The translations under genes and the position numbers were made by a program. Source: Minisyncoccota bacterium (GTDB lineage: Bacteria; Patescibacteriota; Minisyncoccia; Phycocordibacterales; DASSSU01). Taken from it: a stretch of 36,175 nt of DNA. Each line of letters starts with the position of its first letter. Positions within the stretch are counted from its first letter, which is position 1. Positions 16,088 to 25,157 of the stretch are shown in pieces. The stretch covers positions 1 through 36,175 of the forward strand of contig DASSSU010000018.1 of NCBI GenBank assembly GCA_035708305.1. The letters run 5' to 3'. The notes beneath the pieces were generated by a model. That model searched no databases, had not been told where the DNA came from, and was given only the letters and a program-made list of their open reading frames with translations.

Positions 16088-17001
16088 CAAATTTTTGGGT
16101 AGCAATGATTGGTGGGTTTCTTCTATTTATCTCCTGGAGAAAAAGAACTGAAATTAAAGGTTCCCTAAGTTCTCTTACAGAATACTTTAAGAAAATAAGA
16201 GAAGGACGGGCTTCCGAGAGTTCTCCAAATCAAAAATGGAAATTTCGCCTCTTTCGCCTCTTAAGGTGGATATTCTTACTCCTGTTTACACTCAGCATGA
16301 TCAGGATCATTTGGAAGGTTTGGGTAGATACCATCTACCCTTCTTTGAATCCTGAAGCACAGGTTCACATTGCACATTTGGGAAACCAAGCAAAGAGTTT
16401 TGTGTTTGGTGATCCACTTACCTTTCTTGCTGTCCTCGTGGTGTTCATTGGAATCTTGGTCTGGCTTCTCAAGGGAAGTGCAGCATCCTCGAACGGAGCT
16501 GGTTCCGGCGGCGGGCTGAGTGCAAGTGATATCGCAAGGGTGAGAGCAAGGCGAAGAGTACATGAAGCAAAGCAGATATCAAGGATATCGTGGGGCTTCT
16601 TGGTTCTCCTTGTCATCGCTGCTTGCTTTGGACTGTGGTACACCCACTATCATGACGCAACCGCATGGAACCAGATCTCAAACTGGATGCGACACGGCGG
16701 TATAGATACCCGGAAGATTCCGAACTATGAACCCATAATGCTCATACTCCTGACGATCGGAATCTTGCTGATTTTCGTCGAAGGATACACCCGCCATGTG
16801 GGCATAATGTGCCTGGTGGCAACCGCCATTCTCTTTGTTCTTGGGATCGTGCTGGTGATCGTCATGGGGACATGGATCACACTCCTGCTCCTTGCGGGAA
16901 TCATCCTGATGGTGTTTGGATTTCCCGCTGCTCTGGTGGGTTTTCCACTGTTTTTGGTGGGGATCTTTCTCATTCTTCCTCTCCTGTTGGTTTTCTTGTA
17001 G
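16084..17001 (+). CDS. Polytopic membrane protein, operon partner of the SPFH protein (NfeD-like role possible)
   Basis: 305 aa. Multiple hydrophobic helices, a Gly/Ser-rich linker, ATGA overlap with the SPFH gene. Confidence 0.65.
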   Translation: MTNFWVAMIGGFLLFISWRKRTEIKGSLSSLTEYFKKIREGRASESSPNQKWKFRLFRLLRWIFLLLFTLSMIRIIWKVWVDTIYPSLNPEAQVHIAHLGNQAKSFVFGDPLTFLAVLVVFIGILVWLLKGSAASSNGAGSGGGLSASDIARVRARRRVHEAKQISRISWGFLVLLVIAACFGLWYTHYHDATAWNQISNWMRHGGIDTRKIPNYEPIMLILLTIGILLIFVEGYTRHVGIMCLVATAILFVLGIVLVIVMGTWITLLLLAGIILMVFGFPAALVGFPLFLVGIFLILPLLLVFL

Positions 17002-17032
17002 TTCTTTTTTGGCTGCTTTTGTGCAGTCAAAC

Positions 17033-17067
17033 AAAAACCCGAAGCACGAAGCTTCGGGTTTCTTTTT
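17033..17067. terminator. Bidirectional rho-independent terminator: A5-cccgaagc-acgaa-gcttcggg-TTTCTTTTT
   Basis: Between the convergent genes ending at 17001 (+) and 17113 (-). Confidence 0.65.
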
Positions 17068-17112
17068 GTTTGTTTTTTCAGCTCTGTCTCCGTTTTTTTA
17101 GAATCAACACGC

Positions 17113-17364
17113 TTAGGTAAACAGCGTAACAATCGTGTCAACGATGAAGTTCATGATGGCGAACACAGAAAGCATGATCACCATCCCGATCACTCCCCAC
17201 AGCATGTGCCGAGAAGCGTTCTGTCTGTTCTCCGGTGTGTCATTAAACAGAAACTGCACAATTCCGATAAAGAAGACGACCACCGCAAGAGCAAACAGGA
17301 GAACAATCAACGGATTTACGATCACGTGATTGATCTTGTTGATCAGATCGGTGATATTGTCCAT
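17113..17364 (-). CDS. Small two-transmembrane membrane protein, paralog 1 of a five-member family (no signal peptide)
   Basis: 83 aa. TM1 LIVLLFALAVVVFFIGIV, a short basic loop, TM2 LWGVIGMVIMLSVFAI. The pattern is shared with the four upstream paralogs. Confidence 0.6.
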   Translation of the reverse strand: MDNITDLINKINHVIVNPLIVLLFALAVVVFFIGIVQFLFNDTPENRQNASRHMLWGVIGMVIMLSVFAIMNFIVDTIVTLFT

Positions 17365-17398
17365 AGGAATATGCTAGAAAGTTCAAACAACCATTGGG

Positions 17399-17791
17399 TT
17401 ACGCACCCGGGATAGTTGGCGTCAATTGCTGAACGTTTGTAGGAGCAGTTACAGTTGTTGCACCGCCGTTGTTTACGCCAAACGTGTCTTGTAAAATCTT
17501 TACCAATCCCCAGACAGACACAATCACAAAAAGAGCAATAATACCCCAAATCATGATTGAAATACCTTCCGATCGTGCACCGGCATCTCCTGACTTCAGG
17601 ATAAACATTGCCAATCCATAGAAGAAGAAAAGAACAGCAAGTGTGATGAGGATCGGGATAATAATGTTGATAAGGTTGCCGATAATTCCAAGGATACCTG
17701 CGAGCCCACCACTACCACCTGACGTTTGTGCAAAAGCAAATCCCGGAGTAACCGCCAAAAGCGCTAACGCTCCATACAGAATTTTTTTCAT
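17399..17791 (-). CDS. Small two-transmembrane secreted/membrane protein, paralog 2 (signal peptide MKKILYGALALLAVTPGFAFA)
   Basis: 130 aa. Conserved core ILITLAVLFFFYGLAMFILKSGDAGARSEGISIMIWGIIALFVIVSVWGLVKILQDTF. Confidence 0.65.
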   Translation of the reverse strand: MKKILYGALALLAVTPGFAFAQTSGGSGGLAGILGIIGNLINIIIPILITLAVLFFFYGLAMFILKSGDAGARSEGISIMIWGIIALFVIVSVWGLVKILQDTFGVNNGGATTVTAPTNVQQLTPTIPGA

Positions 17792-17967
17792 ACGTAATTC
17801 GATAAAAAATAATAATTTGCGACCTAATATTAATTTATCCGAAACGCGCGCAAATTGGGAGCGTTTCTTTATTCAACATCATAAAATGTTCATCCAAATT
17901 CCGCAACTCAAACTGTGGATAATCTCTTTCTAAGAGGAAGCAGGCGACAAAACAACTCTCAGTTACC

Positions 17968-18243
17968 TTATACACTCGGCGCCGGAAAGACCTGAACTGA
18001 TTGATTGACGTTGAAGGTATCCTGCAAAACAAACACAAGCCCCCAAAGAGAGACCATCACAAACAGTGCAATGATACCATAAATCATCAGGTTGATTCCC
18101 TGTTTCCTTGATTCTTCATTCCCTGCCGCGAACATAAAACGAACGATACCATAGAAAAAAAACAGAACCGTGAGTGCAATAAGAAGTGCAATGATGGTCT
18201 GGAGAATGCTTCCAGCACTGTAGAGCAAACTGCTGATATCCAT
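17968..18243 (-). CDS. Small two-transmembrane membrane protein, paralog 3 (no signal peptide)
   Basis: 91 aa. LLIALTVLFFFYGIVRFMFAAGNEESRKQGINLMIYGIIALFVMVSLWGLVFVLQDTF. Confidence 0.65.
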   Translation of the reverse strand: MDISSLLYSAGSILQTIIALLIALTVLFFFYGIVRFMFAAGNEESRKQGINLMIYGIIALFVMVSLWGLVFVLQDTFNVNQSVQVFPAPSV

Positions 18244-18263
18244 AGAAGTAAAAAATAGAAAAA

Positions 18264-18635
18264 TTAAAAATCAGGAATTTGAGGAAGCGTGGAATATGTG
18301 GATCCAGCAGGACCAAAAACAGAATACTGGATGATCGCCACCAGCCCCCAAATAGAAATCATGACAAAAATAGCGATAATACCGTAGAGCATGTACTTCC
18401 CACCCTCGGTCCGCGCTTTCGGGTCTCCGGCAGAGAAAAGGTACTTTGCGATCCCCCAAAAAAAAGCCACCACTGAGAGCGCAATAAGAAGCGGAATAAC
18501 TGCCCCGATCATGCCCAGGAGGTTGTCCACCAAACCAGTAAAATCAATGGCAAAAGCAAAAAATGGAGTAAAGAGAGAAGCAAAAAGAAGAAAGGGCAAG
18601 AAATTTTTCTTTGAAGGTTTTTTATGTGTGTTCAT
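18264..18635 (-). CDS. Small two-transmembrane secreted/membrane protein, paralog 4 (signal peptide ...FTPFFAFA)
   Basis: 123 aa. LLIALSVVAFFWGIAKYLFSAGDPKARTEGGKYMLYGIIAIFVMISIWGLVAIIQYS. Confidence 0.65.
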   Translation of the reverse strand: MNTHKKPSKKNFLPFLLFASLFTPFFAFAIDFTGLVDNLLGMIGAVIPLLIALSVVAFFWGIAKYLFSAGDPKARTEGGKYMLYGIIAIFVMISIWGLVAIIQYSVFGPAGSTYSTLPQIPDF

Positions 18636-18661
18636 GGTTTTAATTACTCTGGTTACTTCCT

Positions 18662-19027
18662 CTACAACTGAGCGATGGTCTGAGCAATGGCATGCGCCAG
18701 AACTTTTGCTCCGAGAATAATCGCCGCGCCAATCACTACCGCCACAAAGGCGCTGCGAGCGCGTGTGAGCTTCTGCGTATCGCCCTGTGCGGTGATAAAC
18801 ATAAAGCCAGAGATAATGATAAAAATCACGATCACCGGGACCGCGATCTGTATCACGATAGTCAAAAGCGCGTCGATAAAGTCCGGAAGAGTGCTAATGC
18901 TTGTGAGAGGATTCTCAAAGGTCATTGCACCAGCAAAAAGCACGCTGGGGAAAAAGAGAGCGAGCAATGAAAGTAAAAAGTACCAAATATGCCGTGTTTT
19001 CTTTTTCCAATTTTGCAGCTTTTTCAT
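18662..19027 (-). CDS. Small two-transmembrane secreted/membrane protein, paralog 5 (most divergent). The start is taken at MKKLQNWKKK..., a signal-peptide-like N-terminus.
   Basis: The track ORF extends to 19108 and would overlap the solute-binding-protein gene by 44 nt. The ATG at 19027 gives a K-rich n-region, an h-region and an AGA cleavage-like site. Core VIVIFIIISGFMFITAQGDTQKLTRARSAFVAVVIGAAIILGAKVL. Confidence 0.55.
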   Translation of the reverse strand: MKKLQNWKKKTRHIWYFLLSLLALFFPSVLFAGAMTFENPLTSISTLPDFIDALLTIVIQIAVPVIVIFIIISGFMFITAQGDTQKLTRARSAFVAVVIGAAIILGAKVLAHAIAQTIAQL

Positions 19028-19064
19028 AAAAAATATTGTAACCGCTTCCGTAAGAAAAAACAAT

Positions 19065-20429
19065 TTATAGCTGTGCATTAGCGCTCGGCAGCGCTCCACC
19101 ACCCGCACTCACCGCCGGAGGAGGTGCAACACTCTTCAGAAGAAGATCCATTTCTTTTTGCATCATCTGAATCGCACCAGCTACGGTAAGCGCTCCTGAG
19201 TTCACATTATCGATCGCTTCCTGGAAAATGCGCGATGTCTGGTCTGGATCCGGGTCACGCCACCCGCGGCTGATGATGGCGGAATTGTAGAAAACTGTTC
19301 GGAAAGCATCCGTCGGCCTGGTTGCATAGAGATCGCGGCGAACTGGCGGGAGATACGTCGCCTGAGAAAGCGCCTGCGAGAACTTCGGCCCGGCGAGGGT
19401 AAGTGCCACGATGTAGGCAGAGTTGATGTTGTGAGACTGCTTCAAAATCGCCACTCCAAAAATCTTGCCGATAGTTGCGGAGAACTTTCCATCCCGTACC
19501 TGCGGCACCTGGGCGACATCGAAGTCGAGAAGCGGGTTCTTGCGCTGGATATCCGCATACTCGCTCGCATAGCCGAAGTAGATCGCGAGCTTTTGGTTGG
19601 TAAACATATCCAAAGAATCCGGCAAGGCGCGATTCCAGGAGTAGATATCAGGCTGGGTCGGATCGGCGAAATTGGTAAAAAAAGTCAGAGCATCACCTGC
19701 GGGAGGAATACTACCGCCCTTATCTCCGATGAGCGTGGCAGTTGTTACTCCCTGATTCAACTCCACGATCGGGTTGCCCAACTGAAGCATCAGCATCGCC
19801 AAAATATCTTTTGCATGAGTGACGTTTTGGTATTCTCCAAGTGCTACCGCGCTTTGCGTGATGTTGTCATCCTGTGTTTTTTCCGTAAGAATCGGCGCAA
19901 GCTTATAGAGCTCATCCCAATATTGAGGGGGACGGACAATTCCCTTTTGCGCAAACATGTCACGGTTCCAATACATCACCATCGGATCTATATAAAACGG
20001 TAGAGCAAGAATACCGTCCGAACGAAGGTAGATTTCTCCCTGTTGGAGATAGGCGTTTCGAAAATCACGCTCGGAAATAACACTGAACGGGATAACCTGC
20101 AGACTCTGCTGGCGCTTCAGAATCAAATCCTGTGGGATCAGTACCAGATCAGGACCCTGGCCGATCGCCAGAGCCTCCACCAGATCGTTATCAAAATTTG
20201 TGGCGTCTTTCTCCACATACTTCACCTGATTCGGGGGATAAAATTTTCCGATCAGCTGACTCATGGACTGCTGCGGAAAGGTTCCCCAGATGGTAACCGT
20301 TCCTTGGACATCCCCGCCTTCTTTCGCAGCTTTATGTGGTTTTGGAATAAGTCCAGAAAAAACCAAAATGCCGCCGACAAAAAACGCGATACAAATTCCT
20401 GTCACAAGTAATGGAAAACCGGTTTTCAT
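19065..20429 (-). CDS. Extracellular solute-binding protein family 1 (sugar-type ABC transporter substrate-binding protein) with an N-terminal transmembrane anchor. Orphan: no permease or ATPase is adjacent.
   Basis: 454 aa. MalE-like features TVTIWGTF, ALPFYIDPMVMYWNRDMF, PPQYWDEL. Confidence 0.8.
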   Translation of the reverse strand: MKTGFPLLVTGICIAFFVGGILVFSGLIPKPHKAAKEGGDVQGTVTIWGTFPQQSMSQLIGKFYPPNQVKYVEKDATNFDNDLVEALAIGQGPDLVLIPQDLILKRQQSLQVIPFSVISERDFRNAYLQQGEIYLRSDGILALPFYIDPMVMYWNRDMFAQKGIVRPPQYWDELYKLAPILTEKTQDDNITQSAVALGEYQNVTHAKDILAMLMLQLGNPIVELNQGVTTATLIGDKGGSIPPAGDALTFFTNFADPTQPDIYSWNRALPDSLDMFTNQKLAIYFGYASEYADIQRKNPLLDFDVAQVPQVRDGKFSATIGKIFGVAILKQSHNINSAYIVALTLAGPKFSQALSQATYLPPVRRDLYATRPTDAFRTVFYNSAIISRGWRDPDPDQTSRIFQEAIDNVNSGALTVAGAIQMMQKEMDLLLKSVAPPPAVSAGGGALPSANAQL

Positions 20430-20956
20430 GCTTGTTTTTCAAAAATAATTCCGTAATGAAATGCTCCCGCCGGGATATGCTTTCGATAAGAAAAACCTCC
20501 CTGCTCACAGAGAAGCCGCGCATCACGGGAGTCTAAAACATTTTCCGGATGCGGACCCAAATGTCCAAAAGATTCGCTCCAGTCGATCAAAAGAAGTCGA
20601 CCGCGAGGCTTGAGCGTGCGCCTGATTTCCTGCAGCAGAACAGTCTTGTACATACACTGAAAAAAGACGTTGGATGCGATCGCGAAATCCAAAATACCGT
20701 CTCCAATCTTTGACCCGCCCGGCATTTCAAGATCTCCGTGCAAAGTATCCACGTGAGCAATGCCTTGATCTGAAAGCGTATTACGGAGTCTCACAAGAAG
20801 GTTTTTCTGCACATCAATGGCATAAACCCGGCCGTAATCCTTGACCACCCTTGCCGCCTCAAGGGCATATGCACCGGAGCCGGTTCCAAAATCGCCGACA
20901 TGCATTCCCTCAAGAACACCCGCACGCATAATATTTTCTCGTGGATTGGTAAACAT
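20426..20956 (-). CDS. Class I SAM-dependent methyltransferase (motif I VGDFGTGSG)
   Basis: 176 aa. Overlaps the solute-binding-protein gene by 4 nt. No in-frame ATG, GTG or TTG exists upstream before a TGA, so the ATG at 20956 stands. Confidence 0.8.
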   Translation of the reverse strand: MFTNPRENIMRAGVLEGMHVGDFGTGSGAYALEAARVVKDYGRVYAIDVQKNLLVRLRNTLSDQGIAHVDTLHGDLEMPGGSKIGDGILDFAIASNVFFQCMYKTVLLQEIRRTLKPRGRLLLIDWSESFGHLGPHPENVLDSRDARLLCEQGGFSYRKHIPAGAFHYGIIFEKQA

Positions 20957-20980
20957 CTTGCAAGTTACATGTCTTAAAAA

Positions 20981-21044
20981 CCTCCTCTGAGAAAATCTTT
21001 TTTCGTGAAGCCCACAAACTTCAAAAAGAATTTCTCAGAGGAGG
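20981..21044 (-). other. Hairpin with a 14-bp stem (cctcctctgagaaa/tttctcagaggagg) whose 36-nt loop contains the same 20-nt core as the murB terminator loop, in reverse orientation. It is followed on the minus strand by TTTTT, 19 nt before the methyltransferase ATG.
   Basis: Arms and core (21003..21022 = reverse complement of 12454..12473) read directly. The GAGGAGG in the 3' arm would be sequestered in the stem. Confidence 0.5.
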
Positions 21045-21343
21045 GCTGACGTTCTAAAAAAAGAAATAAACTACGAACTTACAGAAACTTCAAATGAAGC
21101 TCCTGTTCGTCAAAGTGAACAGACTTTCATTTCTGAGTACAAGTGATTCAAAATACAGTCTGTTCTAGAACAGGGTTTCAAAATTGGATGAGATGTCCAC
21201 CTGAGGCGGATCTACCTCAGGTGCGACAAGGAAAAAATGGATTTTTAATCATGAGCCGTACTCCTTCGTACGGTGAATGTTAAAAATTATTTTTTTGACA
21301 CAGCAGATTGCCAATTTTGGAAGCCTGCAGGTAAAGTATATCA

Positions 21344-23818
21344 TTAAAGGAAAAGTATGCTTGCGACGCTATCCCCAGTCCGTGGCTTCATCACCCGTAC
21401 TCCCTGCGTCGATCTTCCCAGTGTCGAAACTTCATCCACGCCGAGCCGGATCACCTGTCCTTTTTTCGAAACCGCCACAAGTTCATCTTCTTCACCCTCC
21501 AGGACTTTGATTCCCACAAGGTCACCGGTTTTTGCCGTTACGGCTGCGGTTTTGATGCCGGACCCGCCGCGCTTCTGTACTTTGTACTCTGAAAGCGGCG
21601 TTTTCTTTCCATAGCCGTGTTCGCTGATCGTCAAAAGCTTGAAGTCGTTGTTGTTCCCTTTGATCACATCCACACCAACCAGTTCATCGCCTTTTCTCAG
21701 GGTCAGTGCTTTTACTCCGCCAGCCAAACGCCCCATCTGCCGCACATCCGACTCCAAGAAACGCACCGACTGCCCCTTTGCCGTTGCGAGTACGACCGCA
21801 TCTCCTTTCGCCACCCAAAGTGCCGAGAGAAGTTCGTCGCCATCTGAAAGCTTGATCGCAATAATTCCGCTCTTTCGTACATCGTGGAAACTGTCCCCTG
21901 CGGCTTTTTTCACCACGCCTTTTTTCGTTACCATGAGGAGCGAGTGCGTGGAACCGTCCATGTCTTTTGGAACAGCGAGAATAGAGGTTGTTTTTTCATC
22001 GCTTCCAATGGAGAGGAAATTCATGATCGACTTTCCTTTCGTTGATCGTCTTCCTTCCGGCACCTCGTACATTTTCATCTGGTATGCCTTGCCTTTGTCG
22101 CTGAAGAAGAGGAGGTTGGAATGCGTAGAAGTAGAAAGAAACATCGTCACAAAATCCTCTTCTTTGGTATTCAGGTCCACCACGCCGACGCCGCCGCGCT
22201 TTTGTTTTTTGTACTCGTTTGGATTTGTACGCTTGATATAACCACCGTTCGTGAAGACCAAAATGCTCTCTTCTTCCGCCACGAGATCTTCCACGGAAAA
22301 AGACTTCGGCCCGGAAGCGACAATTCTGGTGCGGCGCGGATCACCATACTTTTTCTCCGCTTCGACAAGCTCATCTTTGATCACGGCAAGAATTTTCTTT
22401 GGACTTGCCAAGAGTGCCTCAAGTTCTTTGATCAATTTCAAAAGCTCTTTGAGTTCGTCTTCGATCTTCTTGCGTTCCAACCCGGCAAGTTTCTGAAGCC
22501 GCATTTCGAGGATGGCGGTTGTCTGCCGGTCGGAAAACTGAAACTTCTTCATCAAGTTTGCGTGCGCGGTTGGCGTGTCTTTGGATGCTTTGATCACCTT
22601 GATCACTTCGTCGATATGGTCCAGTGCTTTTTTCAAACCTTCGAGAATGTGGGCACGGTCACGAGCTTTTGCCAAGTCAAATTCCGTGCGACGGCGCACC
22701 ACGATCTGACGGTGCGAGAGAAATTCTGTAAGTGCTGAATGGAGTGAGAGCGTCTGGGGTACGCCGTCTACCAGCGCCACCATGTTCATATGGAAAGTGC
22801 TCTCCAATTCGGTGTGTTTGTAGAGATAGTTCAAAACTTTTTGCGGCTGCACGCCGGACTTGAGATCGATCACCACGCGAATGTCAGTCGTGGATTCATC
22901 GCGAAGCCCTTTCACTCCTTCAAGCTTTTTCTCGCGCACCAAATCAGCGATCTTCGAGATCATTTCAGACTTGTTCACACGATATGGGATGGACGTTATC
23001 ACGATCTGCTCGCCGCCACCTTTCGTTTCTACGATCTCCGCCTCTCCTCGGCAGACGATACCGCCGCGACCAGAGGCATACGCATGGGCAATATCTTTTT
23101 TGCCGAAAATAATTCCTCCCAGTGGGAAATCCGGTCCTTTGACGAACTGGAGCAGATCTTCCGTCGTAGCGTTTGGCTGATCGATCAAATGAATCGTCGC
23201 CTCCACCACTTCGCTCAAGTTGTGCGGCGGAATGTTCGTCGCCATCCCTACGGCAATACCAAGCGTTCCGTTTAAAAGTGTGTTTGGAAGGGCGGAAGGA
23301 AGAACGGTCGGCTCTTTGTTTTGCCCGTCGTAGTTCGGCACAAAATCCACGGTGTTCTTTTCCAAATCTTTCAGAAGCTCGCCGGAAATGGCGGACATTT
23401 TCGCCTCCGTGTAACGCATGGCTGCGGCCGAGTCTCCGTCTACAGAACCGAAGTTTCCCTGCCCAATCACGAGTGGATACCGATACCCAAACGGCTGTGC
23501 CATCTTGACCATCGCATCATACACCGATGCGTCACCGTGCGGGTGGTATTTTCCGAGTACATCTCCGACTACCGCCGCGGATTTTCGAAAGCGCGCACCG
23601 GAAGTCAGACCCATTTCGCTCATGGTATAGAGAATGCGGCGGTGCACCGGCTTCAAACCATCGCGAATATCCGGAAGCGCACGGGTGGTGATCACAGACA
23701 TGGCGTAGTCCAAATACGACTCACGCATTTCGGTGCTGATGGAAACTGGAAGCAGTCCGCCTTCCGGGCGGTTATCTCCAAGATTGTTGTTTGAATCGCT
23801 GTTGGTTTTCTTTGCCAT
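21344..23818 (-). CDS. gyrA: DNA gyrase subunit A
   Basis: 824 aa. The N-terminal catalytic region ([16 protein letters not shown], active-site tyrosine region) and C-terminal beta-pinwheel repeats are recognisable. Confidence 0.95.
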   Translation of the reverse strand: MAKKTNSDSNNNLGDNRPEGGLLPVSISTEMRESYLDYAMSVITTRALPDIRDGLKPVHRRILYTMSEMGLTSGARFRKSAAVVGDVLGKYHPHGDASVYDAMVKMAQPFGYRYPLVIGQGNFGSVDGDSAAAMRYTEAKMSAISGELLKDLEKNTVDFVPNYDGQNKEPTVLPSALPNTLLNGTLGIAVGMATNIPPHNLSEVVEATIHLIDQPNATTEDLLQFVKGPDFPLGGIIFGKKDIAHAYASGRGGIVCRGEAEIVETKGGGEQIVITSIPYRVNKSEMISKIADLVREKKLEGVKGLRDESTTDIRVVIDLKSGVQPQKVLNYLYKHTELESTFHMNMVALVDGVPQTLSLHSALTEFLSHRQIVVRRRTEFDLAKARDRAHILEGLKKALDHIDEVIKVIKASKDTPTAHANLMKKFQFSDRQTTAILEMRLQKLAGLERKKIEDELKELLKLIKELEALLASPKKILAVIKDELVEAEKKYGDPRRTRIVASGPKSFSVEDLVAEEESILVFTNGGYIKRTNPNEYKKQKRGGVGVVDLNTKEEDFVTMFLSTSTHSNLLFFSDKGKAYQMKMYEVPEGRRSTKGKSIMNFLSIGSDEKTTSILAVPKDMDGSTHSLLMVTKKGVVKKAAGDSFHDVRKSGIIAIKLSDGDELLSALWVAKGDAVVLATAKGQSVRFLESDVRQMGRLAGGVKALTLRKGDELVGVDVIKGNNNDFKLLTISEHGYGKKTPLSEYKVQKRGGSGIKTAAVTAKTGDLVGIKVLEGEEDELVAVSKKGQVIRLGVDEVSTLGRSTQGVRVMKPRTGDSVASILFL

Positions 23819-23874
23819 GTTAATAAATTATTTTATTTTTAAATTGTCTTTGTTGCTGACTTATGAATGAAAAA

Positions 23875-24372
23875 TTAATACGACGGAAGAATTTCTACAG
23901 GAGTTGTGGAAGTGGGAACCGAACTGCTTGAGGTGCCGGCGGAAAAATCAGAAGAAGTTGCCATTGTGGAAGCAGCAGACTGAAAATCTGAACCTTCCGT
24001 GGAGGAAGCAGTCGAAGATGCATTTCCATCTCCGGCTGAAGTCATCGTGTTTGTCGTAGTACTCAAACTCGTCTGCTGGTTTTTGGTAGAACTCGCTTTG
24101 AGAGTGGCATTCAAGTCTTTCAAGCCTCCAGTACTGCTTCCAAACGAACTTTTGATTCCACTCCAGAGCGCTCCCGCTGTTTCCCTCAGTGTGTCAGTCG
24201 GGGTGTTGTTTTCATAGGCGATTTTTTCTTCCGAAGGAGCAGAAAGCCGTGCCCCAAGCGTACTCGCCCAAACCCCCATGATCACGAACATGATAACGCC
24301 AGTCGTGGCGTGGAGAATCATTCTTCGCGTCTTCTCTGGCTTTGCGCGGATCTTGTCCAAAAAATCGAACAT
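23875..24372 (-). CDS. Membrane-anchored Ser/Thr-rich low-complexity protein (hypothetical)
   Basis: 165 aa. One N-terminal transmembrane helix (ILHATTGVIMFVIMGVWAS), then an S/T-rich disordered tail. Confidence 0.45.
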   Translation of the reverse strand: MFDFLDKIRAKPEKTRRMILHATTGVIMFVIMGVWASTLGARLSAPSEEKIAYENNTPTDTLRETAGALWSGIKSSFGSSTGGLKDLNATLKASSTKNQQTSLSTTTNTMTSAGDGNASSTASSTEGSDFQSAASTMATSSDFSAGTSSSSVPTSTTPVEILPSY

Positions 24373-24418
24373 AAAGATATTTTCAAAGAATTCACGGGCT
24401 CAGAAAAATCAGCAGAAC

Positions 24419-25087
24419 TTAGCCGCTTTCTCCGAGAACGACGATTTCATTTTCTTTGTCTATCAAGTCTTTGGGTTTGATAGTGAGCTTTTCTTTCTTT
24501 TCACTTTTTTCTACACCGCCTTCTTTCAAAAAAATCTGAAGTGCATCCTTGTCCGTTTTCACGCCCTCGTAATGCATCGGAATCACTATTTTTGCTCCCA
24601 TGTTAACCGCAAGCCGATACGCCTCGTGAGGAGAAAGCACTCCCTCACCCCCAATCGGCACAAAAAGAATATCCACTTCCCCAAGCTCGCCCAGCACATC
24701 CGAACCAAGCTCCGCCTTCCCTAAAGCACCCAGAAAAACCAGATGCATACCCTCCAGCTTGGCGGAAAAAACCGTGTTGATCCGCGGTTTCTCGAGCTTG
24801 CCAGATCCTGAGCTAAAAAAACTCTGGGACTGGTAGCCCTTGACAAAGACTTCTTTGATTTCATACTCTCCGGGACCGAAAATCACAAAAGGTTCTTTTT
24901 CTTTGAAGGAGAGGTTGTCCACCCCGCTGAAGAGCGGATCCCGAAGCGAGATGAAAGCAATGTCCGCGCCATAACGAGCGGATTTTGCGTTTTCTTTGGC
25001 CTCATTTTTGCTGATCGGATTGAAGCCCAAGATAGTATCTCCAAACTGGACTTTGAAGCTCTCCGCGCCGTGGTATGTGATTATCAT
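24419..25087 (-). CDS. MBL-fold metallo-hydrolase (Lactamase_B_3-like)
   Basis: 222 aa. ITYHGAESFKV..., FVPIGGEGV, PMHYEG match MBL-fold patterns of YcfH/UlaG-like small hydrolases. Confidence 0.65.
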   Translation of the reverse strand: MIITYHGAESFKVQFGDTILGFNPISKNEAKENAKSARYGADIAFISLRDPLFSGVDNLSFKEKEPFVIFGPGEYEIKEVFVKGYQSQSFFSSGSGKLEKPRINTVFSAKLEGMHLVFLGALGKAELGSDVLGELGEVDILFVPIGGEGVLSPHEAYRLAVNMGAKIVIPMHYEGVKTDKDALQIFLKEGGVEKSEKKEKLTIKPKDLIDKENEIVVLGESG

Positions 25088-25157
25088 GAAAACATTATAT
25101 CAAAAAAAATCCAAAAAATATACCTTTTTGGAATGAAAAACATGAGAAAATAAACGA

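Noticed and set aside
19028-19108. Longer paralog 5 ORF starting at 19108 (MRVVERCRALMHSYK...)
   Set aside because: It would overlap the solute-binding-protein gene by 44 nt and lacks signal-peptide character. The internal ATG at 19027 gives a canonical signal peptide matching paralogs 2 and 4.
20957-21030. Upstream extension of the methyltransferase ORF through the hairpin region
   Set aside because: The in-frame extension has no ATG, GTG or TTG before a TGA stop, so the ATG at 20956 stands despite the lack of a nearby SD.
21105-21179. 24-aa plus-strand small ORF MKLLFVKVNRLSFLSTSDSKYSLF in the gyrA-methyltransferase intergenic region
   Set aside because: No ribosome-binding site. It overlaps the hairpin/half-site cluster, which explains the sequence better as a regulatory structure.
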